Below are positions 14,573 to 28,555 of a stretch of DNA of 64,000 nt, piece after piece. Made by a program: the position numbers and the translations under genes. Source of the DNA: Eledone cirrhosa (taxonomy: Eukaryota); the NCBI GenBank assembly GCA_964016885.1, contig OZ024743.1, positions 276,892,001 through 276,956,000 on the forward strand, written 5' to 3'. The notes under the pieces were generated by a model. It had not been told where the DNA came from and searched no databases. It saw only the letters and a list, made by a program, of their open reading frames with translations. How positions within the stretch are numbered: the first letter of the stretch is position 1; each line of letters opens with the position of its first letter.

Positions 14573-14973
14573 ATATATATATATATATATCTTTGTCAGA
14601 TATATATATGGAAAAAATGAAATTTCATTTCTCACTCTTAGTATGGCTGACACTTAAATGTAAGTATGTATAAGTACATACATATATGTATACAGAATTA
14701 GAGTAGTATGTATATACATACATACATGCACACATATTTATATATGTACGTATGGGTTTACGGAACATTTATTATAATGTTCGGTTTGTTTGTAAACAAA
14801 CAGATTGACCGAATAAAGCCGTACAGTGTTCGGCAACCATCGTTGCCTTTTTGTTCAACACTGACAAAGGAACGATGAACTAGTTTCTAGCTTATTAGCT
14901 GTCATTAGCACCGTAAACCTCCCTGTCAGTCGATTGAACGTTTGAAAGTATATAGTTTCCTTATGCATATATA

Positions 14974-15041
<68 letters not shown>

Positions 15042-15563
15042 TAAACGGAAAAGAAAATGCTGACAAATTGTTCACAGTGAAAAATAATTTAATTAGGAAT
15101 AAGTGAGAATTAGTAATAGTGTTGGTTAGTATTCAGTTTTGGTTTTAAGTTTTACCGGTTGCGCATTTCTAATGCTTTTCAAAAATATTTTGAGATAGAG
15201 CGTCCGTGATGTTTGCTCTAATCTGATTAATTTTGGAAATTCCACCTGTTTTTATTTAAAAAAAAGTGGCTCCAGCGGTATTAAAATAAGTTTTGCGCCA
15301 ATTCGTGTTGCAAAAATTCTTGTGGTCAAAACAATTTTGATTGGTCGGTAGAGGTCATGTGAATGTTAAAAATTGATTTTGCGTCAAATGTAGGTTTGTG
15401 TCGGCTGATTGAGAAGTTACTGAAAAATAAGTCTTTCCAAACAAATATGTGTGTGTGTGTGTGTGTGTAGTAGTAGTAGTAAAGAGGTTCGTTGTTGTGA
15501 TAATGGTCAGCAGGGATGTGTGTGCGAACCGCAGCCTGTTGACAGTTCAAATGCCTATTAAGA

Positions 15564-15626
<63 letters not shown>

Positions 15627-15731
15627 AGCAGAGTAATTCGTGGTAGAGGGATGGTCTGTAGGAATGTGTCTGTAAGTGTGTGGGGGATATTTTAACATGT
15701 TAAAAGATATTTTTCAGCTCTTGATTATACG

Positions 15732-15788
<57 letters not shown>

Positions 15789-16019
15789 TTTGTATGTTAA
15801 TGTACGCGTGTGTATGTGTGTGTGTATATATGTGCGTGTGTGCGCATACACGTGTGTGTGTGTGGGGGGGGGAGTAATTATTTTGTGGTACTGGTGAAAT
15901 GGTGTACATTATTCGATATTTTCAGTAAAATCGATTCTCTCAATAGAACATCAAAAACCTTAATAATAAAAGGTGTGAAATGATATATAGTATTGGCATA
16001 ATACCAAGGTGTGTGTGTG

Positions 16020-16295
16020 AGTGTGTCCAGATTGTACGTACTGCAAGGGGAATCCATTAGGCCTTGCCGTATTGGAATACCTGTGCACAAATATGTATCT
16101 GGAGTGTGTCCAGAAATTGTATACCTGTGCACAAATTGTATACTTGTGTACAAACTGTACACATGTATCTGGAGTGTGTCCAGAAATTGTATACCTGTGC
16201 ACAAATATGTATCTGGAGTGTGTCCAGATTGTACGTACTGCAAGGGGAATCCATTAGGCCTTGCCGTATTGGAATACTTGTGTACAAATATGTAT
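16020..16295. repeat. Composite tandem duplication within the PLE 3' UTR
   Basis: A ~78-bp block (16020 and 16218) brackets shorter GTATCTGGAGTGTGTCCAGAAATTGTATACCTGTGCACAAAT repeats. Confidence 0.8.
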
Positions 16296-16507
16296 GTGCC
16301 CATCAGTGTGCAATGCATGTGTGCGTTTATGTATGTGTGTGTGTCGGCACGTTTATATCTATAGACATCAAAAGGTATGCAAATTTGTGTATATTTGTGT
16401 TGCACCATAGAACATGTGTGCTTACGTATGTCATTGTGTTTATATGTGGGTAGAAATGTATGCTGATGTAGCTATGTATGTTGACGTGTGTATGTTGTCG
16501 GTTCGTC

Positions 16508-17588
16508 TTAGGGAGAAGTGTTTAGACGGGGTCCGTATTTGTTAATAAAGTAAGATTCCTTGCTGATGCGCTGGGTGTGGGTGGCATTATCTTTAAATTT
16601 GTAGAGGGGAAAGATTCTGAAGTCGGGATGATTTTGGGCGGCACAGGTATCAATGTGTTCACTCAGTGGTATTTTCCTGTATTCCCGTATTTTAATTTGG
16701 GATCTATGGACAGCCATGCGTTGGCGGAGGCTGTTTTTGGTCTGGCCTATGTATTGTTCTCGACAACCTGAGCAAGTTAATACATATATTAGATTTTCTG
16801 ATGCGTATGTGAAATTGTGTTTTACTATAAAACGTTGTCCTTCTTTGAAATAGAATTCCGAACCCTCTATTAGGTTGATGCAAATGCCACAGTTGGGTCT
16901 ATCGCACTTTTTTTACTGTGGGTTTCGTTGTTGTGGTTGGCAGTACTTTGGCATGTGTTAGGATGTTTTTCATTGACTTAGATTGTCTTTTTCTCTTTAT
17001 GATATCGTGTGTTCGTAGGATTTGGTTCATTCTATGGTCCTTTTTCAACACAGGGATGTTCTGGAGGATGGTGTCAAAGGCCTTATTGTTGAGGGGGTTG
17101 TGTGTGGAGATGTATGGAAGAGCTTTTAGTTTCGGTTGATTTACTTTAGGGTGTCTAAGGTCCTGGGTACTGAGTTTTAGGGCACGTTGGATTCCATTGT
17201 CAATTAGTGATGCAGGGTAGTCCCTGCCTATGAGTGTGTCCTTTAGTTCTTGTAGCCGTAAGTAGCAGGCGTTTTTATTGGAGACTATAGTACAGATTCT
17301 CTTGGCTAAGTTGTAGGGAATATTAATTTTAACGTGTCTAGGGTGGCAAGAGTTGAAAGGAAGATATTGCTTGGAGTCTGTGGGCTTGTAGTATATGTCT
17401 GTTTCTATTTTTTTGTTATGGATCTTAATGAGGATGTCGAGGAAGGGGAGTTGTTGATGGCTGTATTCCATCGTGAAGTTAATATTCGTGTTGAGCCCAT
17501 TTATAAGGGTGTGAAATTCTTTAAGTTTCTCGATGTTTTCGTGCCAAAGGATGAAGCAGTCATCTAGATATCGTTTCCAGTTCCTTTC
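16508..17588 (-). pseudogene. PLE reverse transcriptase C-half, Cys linker and GIY-YIG endonuclease (frameshifted)
   Basis: WKRYLDDCF, LPFLD, YYKPTDSKQYL..SCHP. Frameshift in the T-run near 16910, then CDRPNCGIC, NLIYVLTC..CREQYIGQT, ending GPRLNTSP-stop. Confidence 0.92.
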
Positions 17589-17654
17589 TATGTGTATGCG
17601 CACACACGCACATATATACACACACACATACACACGCGTACATAAACATACAAA

Positions 17655-17749
<95 letters not shown>

Positions 17750-18472
17750 CTCCGTATAAGACAAGAGCTGAAAAATATCTTTTAACATGTTAAAATATCC
17801 CCCACACACTTACAGACATATTCCTACTGACCATCCCTCTACCACGAATTACTCTGCTACACACACACACACACACTTGTCTTAATAGGCATTTGAACTG
17901 TCAACAGGCTGCGGTTCGCACACACATCTCTGCTGACCATTATAACAACAACGAACCTCTTTACTACTACTACTACACACACACACACACACACATATTT
18001 GTTTTGAAAGACTTATTTTTCAGTAACTTCTCAATCAGCCGACACAAACCTACATTTGACGCAAAATCAATTTTTAACATTCACATGACCTCTACCGACC
18101 AATCAAAATTGTTTTGACCACAAGAATTTTTGCAACACGAATTGGCGCAAAACTTATTTTAATACCGCTGGAGCCACTTTTTTTAAAATAAAAACAGGTA
18201 GAATTTCCAAAACTAATCAGATTAGAGCAAACATCACGGACGCTCTATCTCAAAATTATTTTTGAAAAGCATTAGAAATGCGCAACCGGTAAAACTTAAA
18301 ACCAAAACTGAATACTAACCAATACTATTACTAATTCTCACTTATTCCTAATTAAACTATTTTTCACTGTGAACAATTTGGCAGCATTTTCTTTTCCGTT
18401 TACCAATATATCATAACTTGTGTGTTACACCTCTATTCTTTTATATATATCTATATATACATATATATATAC

Positions 18473-18507
<35 letters not shown>

Positions 18508-18511
18508 CATG

Positions 18512-18618
<107 letters not shown>

Positions 18619-18632
18619 AATATATATATAAA

Positions 18633-18681
18633 CAATGTGTGATGTGAAAATGCCTGAGAGGCATTTTCACATCACACATTG
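18633..18681. repeat. Perfect 23-bp-stem palindrome next to (TA)n
   Basis: CAATGTGTGATGTGAAAATGCCT-GAG-AGGCATTTTCACATCACACATTG. Confidence 0.95.
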
Positions 18682-18888
18682 CTCTCATAGGAGGAAAAAT
18701 TACAATCAGCTACAACCATACAAACACTTTTAAAACCGAAACTGTTTTAGAAGTATCGAATACATGTATATGTATTCAGATCTGTGCGGTAAGAAGCGCT
18801 AAGTAGTATTACAATAAGTAATACTACTATAAATGATAGGGTATATACACCCCTGGATTATATATTTCCTTGTTGTTTAGATGATATA

Positions 18889-19204
18889 CAGTTGTCCCCC
18901 GGAATTCGTGGGTGATACGTTTGTAGAGCACTCACGAATATTTTATGGACGTGGTCCATAAAAATGCCTATAGACGTCAAACTATAACGTAAAATATAGG
19001 CTGGTAAATACGGTATAATGTTATTAATAATTTAGCGTTAAAAACAGTGAAAAAATATATATTCTCAAAATATACAAAGCCATAAAAAATCGTGGAAGAT
19101 AACTACGGGTCCGCGAATATGCGGTGGATTCTACGGACAATTATTAGCAGGTTCTAAGGAAAATTCAGCGAATAACAGGGACCGTGAAAGCCGGGTGTAC
19201 ACCG
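18889..19204. mobile_element. Tigger/pogo-like MITE (diverged)
   Basis: TA-CAGTTGTCCCCCG ... CGGGTGTACACCG-TA ends with internal (G/A)CGAATA motifs. Confidence 0.55.
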
Positions 19205-21910
19205 TACATGCCTTCTGGTGAAATCCCAATTAGGTTTGAAAATCGGTCAAAAGTATTTATTAGTTTTTCAACTGACAGAGAAATACGTATTTGACACGTT
19301 TACATTTCTATATACTAAGAATGTGTAAATTTATATACACATTTACGCATTCTCGGTTACATCTATTCTGTAAATATAGTTATACATTTAATGAATAAAT
19401 GTGACTTTAATAAAGAAATGGTTACCAAATATTATTACAGCCTTTGTTCTATATACCAGTAATATACGTAGAAGCATTTTAATTGACTATACTCCTCACC
19501 TACAAACTATGACTGTTTGCCAATTTGAGAAATCAATATATGAGTTTTCATCGAACTGTGCTTCACTCACTGTAATAATACCGCCTCTTGCCAAATTTAT
19601 TCAACTGAAAAAGGTTATATATAATTCACATCTATCTGCCTTCTTCTCACTAACATATTGCTACTTCTCAAATTGCCGATTCTTAGCACTCCATCAACAT
19701 TGATTGAGAAGATTATGATCAAAGATATTCCAGTTGTGATCATTAAATCTTGTTAGGGACATGTGGGACAAAAGTATCTAATGTGTCATTTTAAAAATTT
19801 ACTTTTAAGACAGTAAGTAATGTGTTATTAAGGGACTTGGATAATATTTCTAGCAAGTAGAATGACTATATGCAGGCTCCTACGTTATCTAGGAAAGGTT
19901 GTTTATAGTACTCAGGTTTCACTATTTTCCATTAATGGTTGCTCCAATTACATCAAGTAGCAAACGTACCTTCTTCCCTTGTTGCCGCCATTGAAAGGTT
20001 TATAAATTCCCATGACCCTTATATCTAAAATCACAACAATCGTTTCTGATGCTATAAATATTTTCAAAGAAATATTCAAAGAAAATAGATTGTGTTTATA
20101 TTTATTTTGGTATTAAACTCCCTGTCACATTTCTTTTAAACAGCCAATAGTTATATCAAGGGTCTACAACATCAAGAAATGTTTATGTTACCTATAATTT
20201 ATTTGTTGGTGATTATGAGATCAACACTAAAAATATCTACAATTCTAAAAATCCCGCTGGATTTAATAAGAACGTTTTATGTTGAGATGAGAAAGGAATA
20301 TTGCCAAAGGAAATATTTAACACTTGATAGTAAGATTGGAAAAACTGCTTCACAAACTACAATTTCTCATATCAATAATCTCCATCCTCAGGACCACACA
20401 ATTGTTATTACAAATATTTAGGTATTAACGAACTTATTTTCTATAGAGGCGTCGTGAACAAAGACAGAATCACTAAACTTTAAACAATACAGGATTAAAG
20501 ATTTCTTTTTACATTATCACATTATTCACAGTATCATTATTACTTCCAAGTTTAGATTCTTGATGGGACTATAGAGAAATCCGTTCAATTAATATCAAAA
20601 CAGAACATTCTTAACTGGAACCTTTCAAAGAAATCGTGTTATCTAAGGGTATATCTAAGAAAGAAGGACAGAAAAATATACTGAAAATCAATGAATACAC
20701 ACATCGTCTCAATGTCGTATGGTTTCACTCAGGAAAGAACCTTTAAACAACTACAGCAAACACAAATACATTTATCTAATGTCAACATATGAATAGAACA
20801 GCGGCTTGTGGGTCGGGATTGAATTGAACTTGAGAAGAAATCAGTTCTTGGAGATGTCGCAGATGACTCTAAAAATACTTGATGAAACTACTTTGACAAG
20901 GTTATTGAGAAAAACACTCTGAATGTCAAGAATATGTTTTGTATGGGTATGTTTCTTGGAAACTTGAAAATGATACTTAATATTGACAAGAAACACAGCC
21001 TCTCTTAGACTCGTTATCGTTAGTTATATAACGTCATATTTTGAAGATTACTCTAAAAGCAATTGATAGCTACAAAATCCTGTTGAAAAACATCACGCGA
21101 AAACAGCGAAGTCCTCAAATCTCTAAGATGCAACAAAAATATCGATTATATCCCATATCTCTAGAAGGCATTACACTCGTGATGAACAGCTGCGCTGAAT
21201 GTTATCAACGTATTACCTTACAATGCGGCATGACTTTGTTGCTAAAACAAACCTAAATGATAAACGGACAAAGGATTGACATAAGATAAATATTTTCAAA
21301 CAGTTCTTCTGTCATTCAGTATATAGATACGCTCCAACGCAAGAGATATTCATGGAATATTCTTTTTTCACGAAGTTCAAATAAAACAAGCGTGATATCG
21401 TTATTTGGGACAAAAAGGTAAAAACCAATCATCGATGCTGAGGTCAGCTGTTCAACTAATATGAACATTCAAATGAAAACATGTAAGAAGATATATGTTA
21501 TAGAGTCTATAATATATACAATTGTGCCAAAGTTTAAAAATTCCCTAGCAAGATGAAATAATTACATTTATACCTAAACCTATAATTATTGCTAAGTCTG
21601 TTTAAATAATAATCTAAAAAAAAGTTGTGGCTTCTGGTAAACAAAAGTACATCAAATACGTACTGTGATAAATCGGGCTGTCAGTGAAATACTGAAAATT
21701 TGCAAGGCTTATGTAAAATTTGGCATGTAACTCTTTGGAATATTGTTGTCTATATTGTAATGACGGAGATTTGTCTCTATGTAAGAAATAATCCTCCTCT
21801 TTATAAGATAAATTCAAAGAATTAAAAACGAAAGAGAGTACACATCTACACGTCGATAGAAAGACAAAGACATACATATATGTATGCAATACGTACATGC
21901 ATACAAACGA

Positions 21911-21993
<83 letters not shown>

Positions 21994-22044
21994 TGTGTAT
22001 ATATATATATATATATGTGGTGTATATATATATATATATATATG

Positions 22045-22076
<32 letters not shown>

Positions 22077-22672
22077 GGACATACATACATAGGTGCATAC
22101 AAATGGGCATGTATTCATGCATACAGACAGATGAAGGGATAAATACATACCAGATCGTTCACACTTTCTATCTTTGTGGCGAAATACGTAATACAGATAC
22201 ATGTTTACACACCATTGTATTTATTTACACATTTATACAGCTTCAGTTAAATCATCTACTGTTTTTTTTTTTTTGTACAGATTTGTATTTATTTCATGAA
22301 TACATATATACACAGAAGATAGACAGACAAACAGATAAATAAGAAAAATGTATATACAGAGAGATAAACTGCTAGAAAAATAGATACGGAGAGAAAGAGA
22401 GAGAGGGGGAGAGAGTGAGGTGAGAGAGGGAGGGAGAGAGGGAGAGGGAGAGAGAGAGAGAGAGAAGGGAGAGAGAAAGGGGGAGAGTGAGTGTGAGAGT
22501 GACAGAGAGAGTGAAAGACGTAGGGGAGGAATTAGAGAATGAGAGTGGGAATTAAGAAATAGATAGACAGACAAATAGATAAATAGATAGATATAGGGAA
22601 GAAGAAAAGCGAGAAAGAGTGAGAGAGAGTGAGAGAGAGAGAGTGAGAGAAACAGAGAGAGAGAGAGAGAGT

Positions 22673-22732
<60 letters not shown>

Positions 22733-22781
22733 GAGATAGATAAAGAGATCGCAAGAGAGAGGAATATATCAATACCGGGAA

Positions 22782-22814
<33 letters not shown>

Positions 22815-22824
22815 CATATATATA

Positions 22825-23214
22825 TTAGAAAGTGAGGTTTTTTTACAAAATGAAAAATAATCGAGGTGCCCTACACGAGTGAAAGTATAAAGAAAAAAAG
22901 ATGAAATCGAAAATGCAACTGGAGTCTTATTTAAAAAAAAAATATATATTTATTTGGTTCCTTCACCGGTTTCGCAGTTCTTCTACTTTTCAAAAGGTGA
23001 GTTGAGATGGAGGGTCTGTGGTTTTTCTCACAGATGTGAGAAAAACCACAGACCCTCCATCTCAACTCTACGTTTGAAAAGCAGAAGAACTGCGAAACCG
23101 GTGAAGGAACAAAATAAATATATATATTTTTTTTAAATAAGACTCTAGTTGCATTTTCGATTTCATCTTTTTTTCTTTATACTTTCACTCGTGTAAAAAA
23201 ACCTCACTTTCTAA
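22825..23214. mobile_element. Palindromic PLE 3' end (same family as 29117-31368)
   Basis: About 200-bp arms with a 2-nt loop at 23033-23034. Homologous to 29117-29526. HHR-like motif at 23071-23107. Confidence 0.88.
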
Positions 23215-23224
23215 TATATATATG

Positions 23225-23262
<38 letters not shown>

Positions 23263-23393
23263 CATCCTTCCCGGTATTGATATATTCCTCTCTCTTGCGA
23301 TCTCTGTATCTATCTATCAGTCTCTTTTTGTCTTTGCCTTAATTTATCTACTTCTCTCTGTCATTCTTTCAATCTATCCCCCAATCTATCCCC

Positions 23394-23475
<82 letters not shown>

Positions 23476-24184
23476 TATACTGCGGGATTGCTTTACAACC
23501 CGTGGATAGAACAACCCTCAACACCAGGAACACGTTTTGTAGGTGTTCCCGTCTTTCCTCTGTTTATCTTCCTCAACCTACAGGTTTATATACAGAGATA
23601 GTGAGACATATAGACAGACGAATGAATATAGATGATAGGTTGACGATGTTCTACTTTTTACTTTTATAAACGTCTCTGATGTAAAAATACGAAAGACAAG
23701 CGATGTAGATGAAGCAAAAGAAGAAACTGAGAAAAAGAAGAAAAAGAAGAAAAAATAGAAGAAAAAGAAGAAAAAGAACCAGATCATTTCTCACGGAAAT
23801 ATCGTCACGACAAAATGTAAACCACCAGTCTCAGCCGCACTTAAAATTTTCATCTAATTTTTCTTGTCAATTTTCGTTTTGTTACTTTGTAACGTTTACA
23901 AATGAACATCCTGAGAATGTAATTGCATAAGGAATTCAGTCACTACAGGAGGTGACGTTATGAGATCAAGCTTCGTAATTGTCTTATATTAGGAAGGTCA
24001 GTCGGTATATGTATTGACAATATTTTATACTAATGAATTTAATATCCACGTTTTTAAGCCCGGGGCATTTTAAAATACTTGTAAACAAACGTGAGATACG
24101 TGTTGCTCTGAAATTAGATTAATTCGTTGAATGAACGAGAGTGAATGAAGGGTAGACAGAGGGTAAGTGAGTGAGTGAGTGTAC

Positions 24185-24256
<72 letters not shown>

Positions 24257-24406
24257 GAGAGAGAGAGGGGGTGAGAGAGAGGGTGAAAGAGAGATATGGA
24301 GAGAAGGATGAAAGATAGAGCACGCTATGAAATTTGCTTAATTTTATATTATGTAAATAATGTATTTATATCTATTGTATTGTATATACATACCTACATA
24401 CATACA

Positions 24407-24488
<82 letters not shown>

Positions 24489-24594
24489 AACATATATATA
24501 TAGTTTTATGTGTATATATATATATACAAAAGTATTTGAAGAAAATATGTGTCTCTTTCAGATTTGATTGTATACTTCCACACACACAAACACA

Positions 24595-24649
<55 letters not shown>

Positions 24650-24719
24650 TTGCGTGTGTGTGTGTGTTTAATATTATATTATTTACATAATATATATTAT
24701 TATATTACGATATTACGTA

Positions 24720-24956
<237 letters not shown>

Positions 24957-25393
24957 TATATACATCAATAATAATATGTGACGCCTGACGAAACATGAAA
25001 ACACGGGGATATTGAATAGGTATTCATAATGCATCAACTAGGTATATTAAATAATTATACTCCACAACATATATAAGGTATGTTTTCCCTATTTGCTATG
25101 AAATATATACCACCCACGCCGCACACAAACATATACACACATATAGTTTATTTCATTTAGGCTGATCTAATAGTGTATTAAACTTCTATGACGTGTAATG
25201 TACACATTCCACGCTGACGAGACTCTGGAGCAACATTCAACTAGATCAGAATAAATAAAATAAATTAATGCAATCTTCTACAATATTGAACAATTTTCCT
25301 TCCGGTTGTATATATACATACATGTATATACATACATGTATGTATATACATGCATGTATATATATGCATGTTCTTCTGGTTTCATTATTTCAT

Positions 25394-25582
25394 GGTGGAT
25401 TGGCAGTATCGGTAGAGGGTCGGACGCCATGCTTTGCAGCAAAGAGTTACAGCCCTTTACGGTCTGAGTTCAAATCCCGCCGAGGTTAACTTTGCCTTTC
25501 ATCCTTACGGGGTCGATAAAATAAAGTACCAGTAATACACTGGGTAATTGCTGGTCTTGTGCCAAAAGTAGAAACAATTATT
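25394..25582 (+). mobile_element. SINE family 2
   Basis: Family sequence. TSD ATTATTTCAT at 25384-25393 and 25577-25586. Confidence 0.9.
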
Positions 25583-25889
25583 TCATAAATTTTTACCAAT
25601 AAAAAAAGAGTCGCTTTCTAACATAGATACAAGACTCTTTCATTGGAATTTAGAAAACATCAACTAGGTAATGTATGCATTCATGTTTGCCCGAGCGCTC
25701 GCGCGCGCGCGTGTGTGTGTGTGCTTGCGCGCGTGTTTGTGTGTATGTGTGTGTGTGTGTATATGTATGTGTGTGAGTGTGTGTTTGTGTGTGTGTGTGT
25801 GTATGTATGTGTGTGAGTGTGTGTTTGTGTGTGTGTGCATGTGTGGATGTTATTGTGTGTGTGGATGTGGATGTTTTGAGTTATATGTA

Positions 25890-27100
25890 TACTCGTGCAT
25901 AAGTTTTGTACCTGTACATGTGTATATGCAGTTATACATGCAGAATTTTTTTAATGTTTTACATATTTTTACTGTTCTATTAATGGATTGTACTTGAAAT
26001 TCCCTAACTAGTTGTGTTCTTTCTGTCTCTGTGAAGCCCAGCTTCTCAAGATTTGTATTGAGGCATTTACTAACATACCCCAGTGCTCCAACAATCACAA
26101 GTAGAAATCTGAAAGTGTAATCAGGGTGGTGTATCTGCAGAGTTCTCATTATTTATGTATAGATGTTCTCCTTTTCACTAATCTTTGATATTATATTGGC
26201 ATCTGCTGGGCAGCTAATTTCCACTACTGTGCATGTTTTCTTCTCCCTGTCCCATATCATAATATCTGGTCTGTTATGTTTGCATTTTATGGAACATTCC
26301 ACCAGTTCTCTTTCATATTATGTATGTGTTTGTCTTCCACATTGCTGTAGTTTTTAATGTGTTTATTATCGGGGGTATCTTTTCTATGTATTGCATTGTA
26401 CAGTGTTTTGGCCACTACATCATGCCTAATAAGTATATAGTACCGTGATGACATCCTTGGACAGCTGCTTATGACATGGGTGACATCTTCGATGTTAATT
26501 CTGCTGAGTCTGCATTTGTTGTCACATCTAGGTGTTTTGCCTGCATCTCTATCTCTTTTGTGAATCAGGTATTTCGTATTAATTTCCTTGGATTGTAAAA
26601 GCGTATCCTTCAATATAACGGTTGTTGGTCCAAGATAGACTACTTTACTTATCTATATTACTCTCACTCTGAAGCCTACTGGCAACATAACCATACATGA
26701 TTTTTTGCTGATAAGGATGCAGGTTTTCATCCATGGACTCACTGCGGTATTGCTTGGTAATTTCCTTGAGTGTGAGTTTTTGATTATCATGCATGGTGTA
26801 TTTCTCAAGGAGTTCCTTCCAAATTCTCGTGATCTTATTTGTCTCATGCAGACAGACTTGGTTATTAGATGGGCTACTATGTTTGGTGGTTCGTAGATGT
26901 TGTCGGAAGGATATGATACGACACTGAAATGCTGTCTGGACTGATGTTACACCTCTGCTTCCATGCTTACGTTCCAAGTAGAGGCGGTCTATGTCACTGT
27001 TATGAGTTAGGTTAGTATTCCTGTCCCCTGTGAGCCAATTATGTATCCTCCCCATTTCTTGAGCTGAAAGGACAAGGGGTTTAATGACAGAATTAATTGT
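25890..27100 (-). mobile_element. Decayed RLE-type LINE (R4/Dong-like) 3' fragment
   Basis: SDIDRLYLERKHG, CCHC-like KCRL..EDVTHVISSCP..RHDVVA, RPDI..D..VEISCP nuclease motif and IVGALG. Multiple stops and frameshifts. Confidence 0.85.
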
Positions 27101-27181
27101 AACACAGAGTGACTGTCTGTCTGTATGTATGTACGTACGCACACACACATACATATGTATATGCATTTATGTATACATCTG

Positions 27182-27220
<39 letters not shown>

Positions 27221-27240
27221 ACACACACATATATATATAT

Positions 27241-27424
27241 AACTAAAAAAAGTTATCGCTCTACATGGCTGAATACAATAAATGTAATTTGAGTTTTTCG
27301 AATATTAATAATAATATTCAAGAACAAGAATGGGGGGGGGTCATTCTAATGACATGGCTTAAAAGAGGCTGTTTGCATAATTGCAAACGAATCGAATATT
27401 ATTATTAATATTCGAAAAACGCAA

Positions 27425-27430
<6 letters not shown>
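27241..27430. repeat. Small insert with 37-bp inverted arms between (TA)n and (CA)n
   Basis: 27283-27319 is the inverse of 27394-27430 (1 mismatch), with a one-sided tail at 27241-27282. Confidence 0.75.
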
Positions 27431-27501
<71 letters not shown>

Positions 27502-27633
27502 TAGTTAAGCAAAACAAGACCACAAATTTCACAAGACAATGAAGACATTATTAAAAGATTGTCAACATATTTTAGTTTGATGTAAGGAATGTAGAGAATA
27601 ATAATAATAATAATATTAATAATAATAATGTCC

Positions 27634-27753
27634 GTTTACAATTGTTTCGCTACTCCATATAATATTTCTGGATCAGATGACTATATATCATAATTGATTT
27701 GGTTCAGTTGAAAATAATTAACATATTTAAAACACAGAGCGGCTCATCGGAAC
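27634..27753 (-). ncRNA. Atypical hammerhead motif with long stem II loop
   Basis: GUU-CCGAUGA-GCCGCUC..(~80 nt)..GAGUAGC-GAAA-CAAUUGU-A-AAC. Palindromic stem III and a U4C core variant. Confidence 0.5.
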
Positions 27754-28130
27754 TTCAAAGGAATATAAATTAAAATAATGAGAGAATGTTACATAATATA
27801 ATGTTCCATATATTGCTTTTCCCTATGGTGTCTTGGTTGCATCAATTGTCAGCCATAATCAAGCAGTATTCATCTGTCGAGGCTGCATTATGTGAGATCT
27901 GCCTATGGGTAACAAGATGGCTGCCAAAGGACATATTTACCTTACAAATTAGAGGGTGGTTTCAGGGTAAGTAAATTCTTCGAGAGATTAGAAATTGTGG
28001 GTATTTATAGTTAAGTGCTAATTTTTAAATTTCTTAATTGAGAGATAATGTAGGGGAGGTAACTTATAATTATCTAAGTCGTTCATAGCTATTTAACTTA
28101 TTAGCTACAGGTAAAAATGGGGCTAGATGA

Positions 28131-28555
28131 CTAAGTTGGGTCAAATATTCTATTGGCGAAGGAATTAGCCCTTCGATGTTGACAGCTAATAGTTACCTCC
28201 GTTCTATCGTTAATCGGTAGAGGTCGTGATAGAGTTATGTAATATGCTTCTGTAATACAGAGATCACAAGATTTTCTTCGTCCATTGAACGGTTGGGCCC
28301 TAGCCACGATATGCCATTTTAGTGAGTGTTGAACGTTGTTTAATTTAAGGTTTTTAATGAGCCTAGCTAGCGATGTCGAACATCTGTTGCTAGGGTCTCG
28401 GAAGGAAAAAGAGTGCGCGTTATACCGTACCTTAAAAGGGTTAGAGGTAGACCCGATATAAGAGCTGGTATTCGAAGCAGTTTTAACCATGCACCTATAG
28501 ACTATGTTTGGTGTCAGGCAGTGTCCATTTAATAGGCATGCAATCTCTCGAGGAG
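28131..28555 (-). pseudogene. PLE C-terminal GIY-YIG endonuclease fragment
   Basis: CLLNGHCL..NIVYRC..YIGST..FKVRYNAH..CDLCITE..NDRTE..CQHR-. 5'-truncated at the inversion junction. Confidence 0.88.

Larger units (their letters stand above)
15038..18442 (-). mobile_element. 5'-truncated Penelope-like element with ~810-bp inverted terminal duplication
   Basis: Arms 15038-15851 and 17590-18407 are inverted and enclose an RT/GIY-YIG remnant. (TA)n on both sides. Confidence 0.92.

Noticed and set aside
15038-18442. Large DNA transposon with 800-bp TIRs
   Set aside because: The interior encodes PLE RT/GIY-YIG, the arms are unequal and one arm truncates the ORF.
24985-25005. CTGACGA..GAAA hammerhead-like spacing
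   Set aside because: No stem II, stem I or valid cleavage triplet can be formed.
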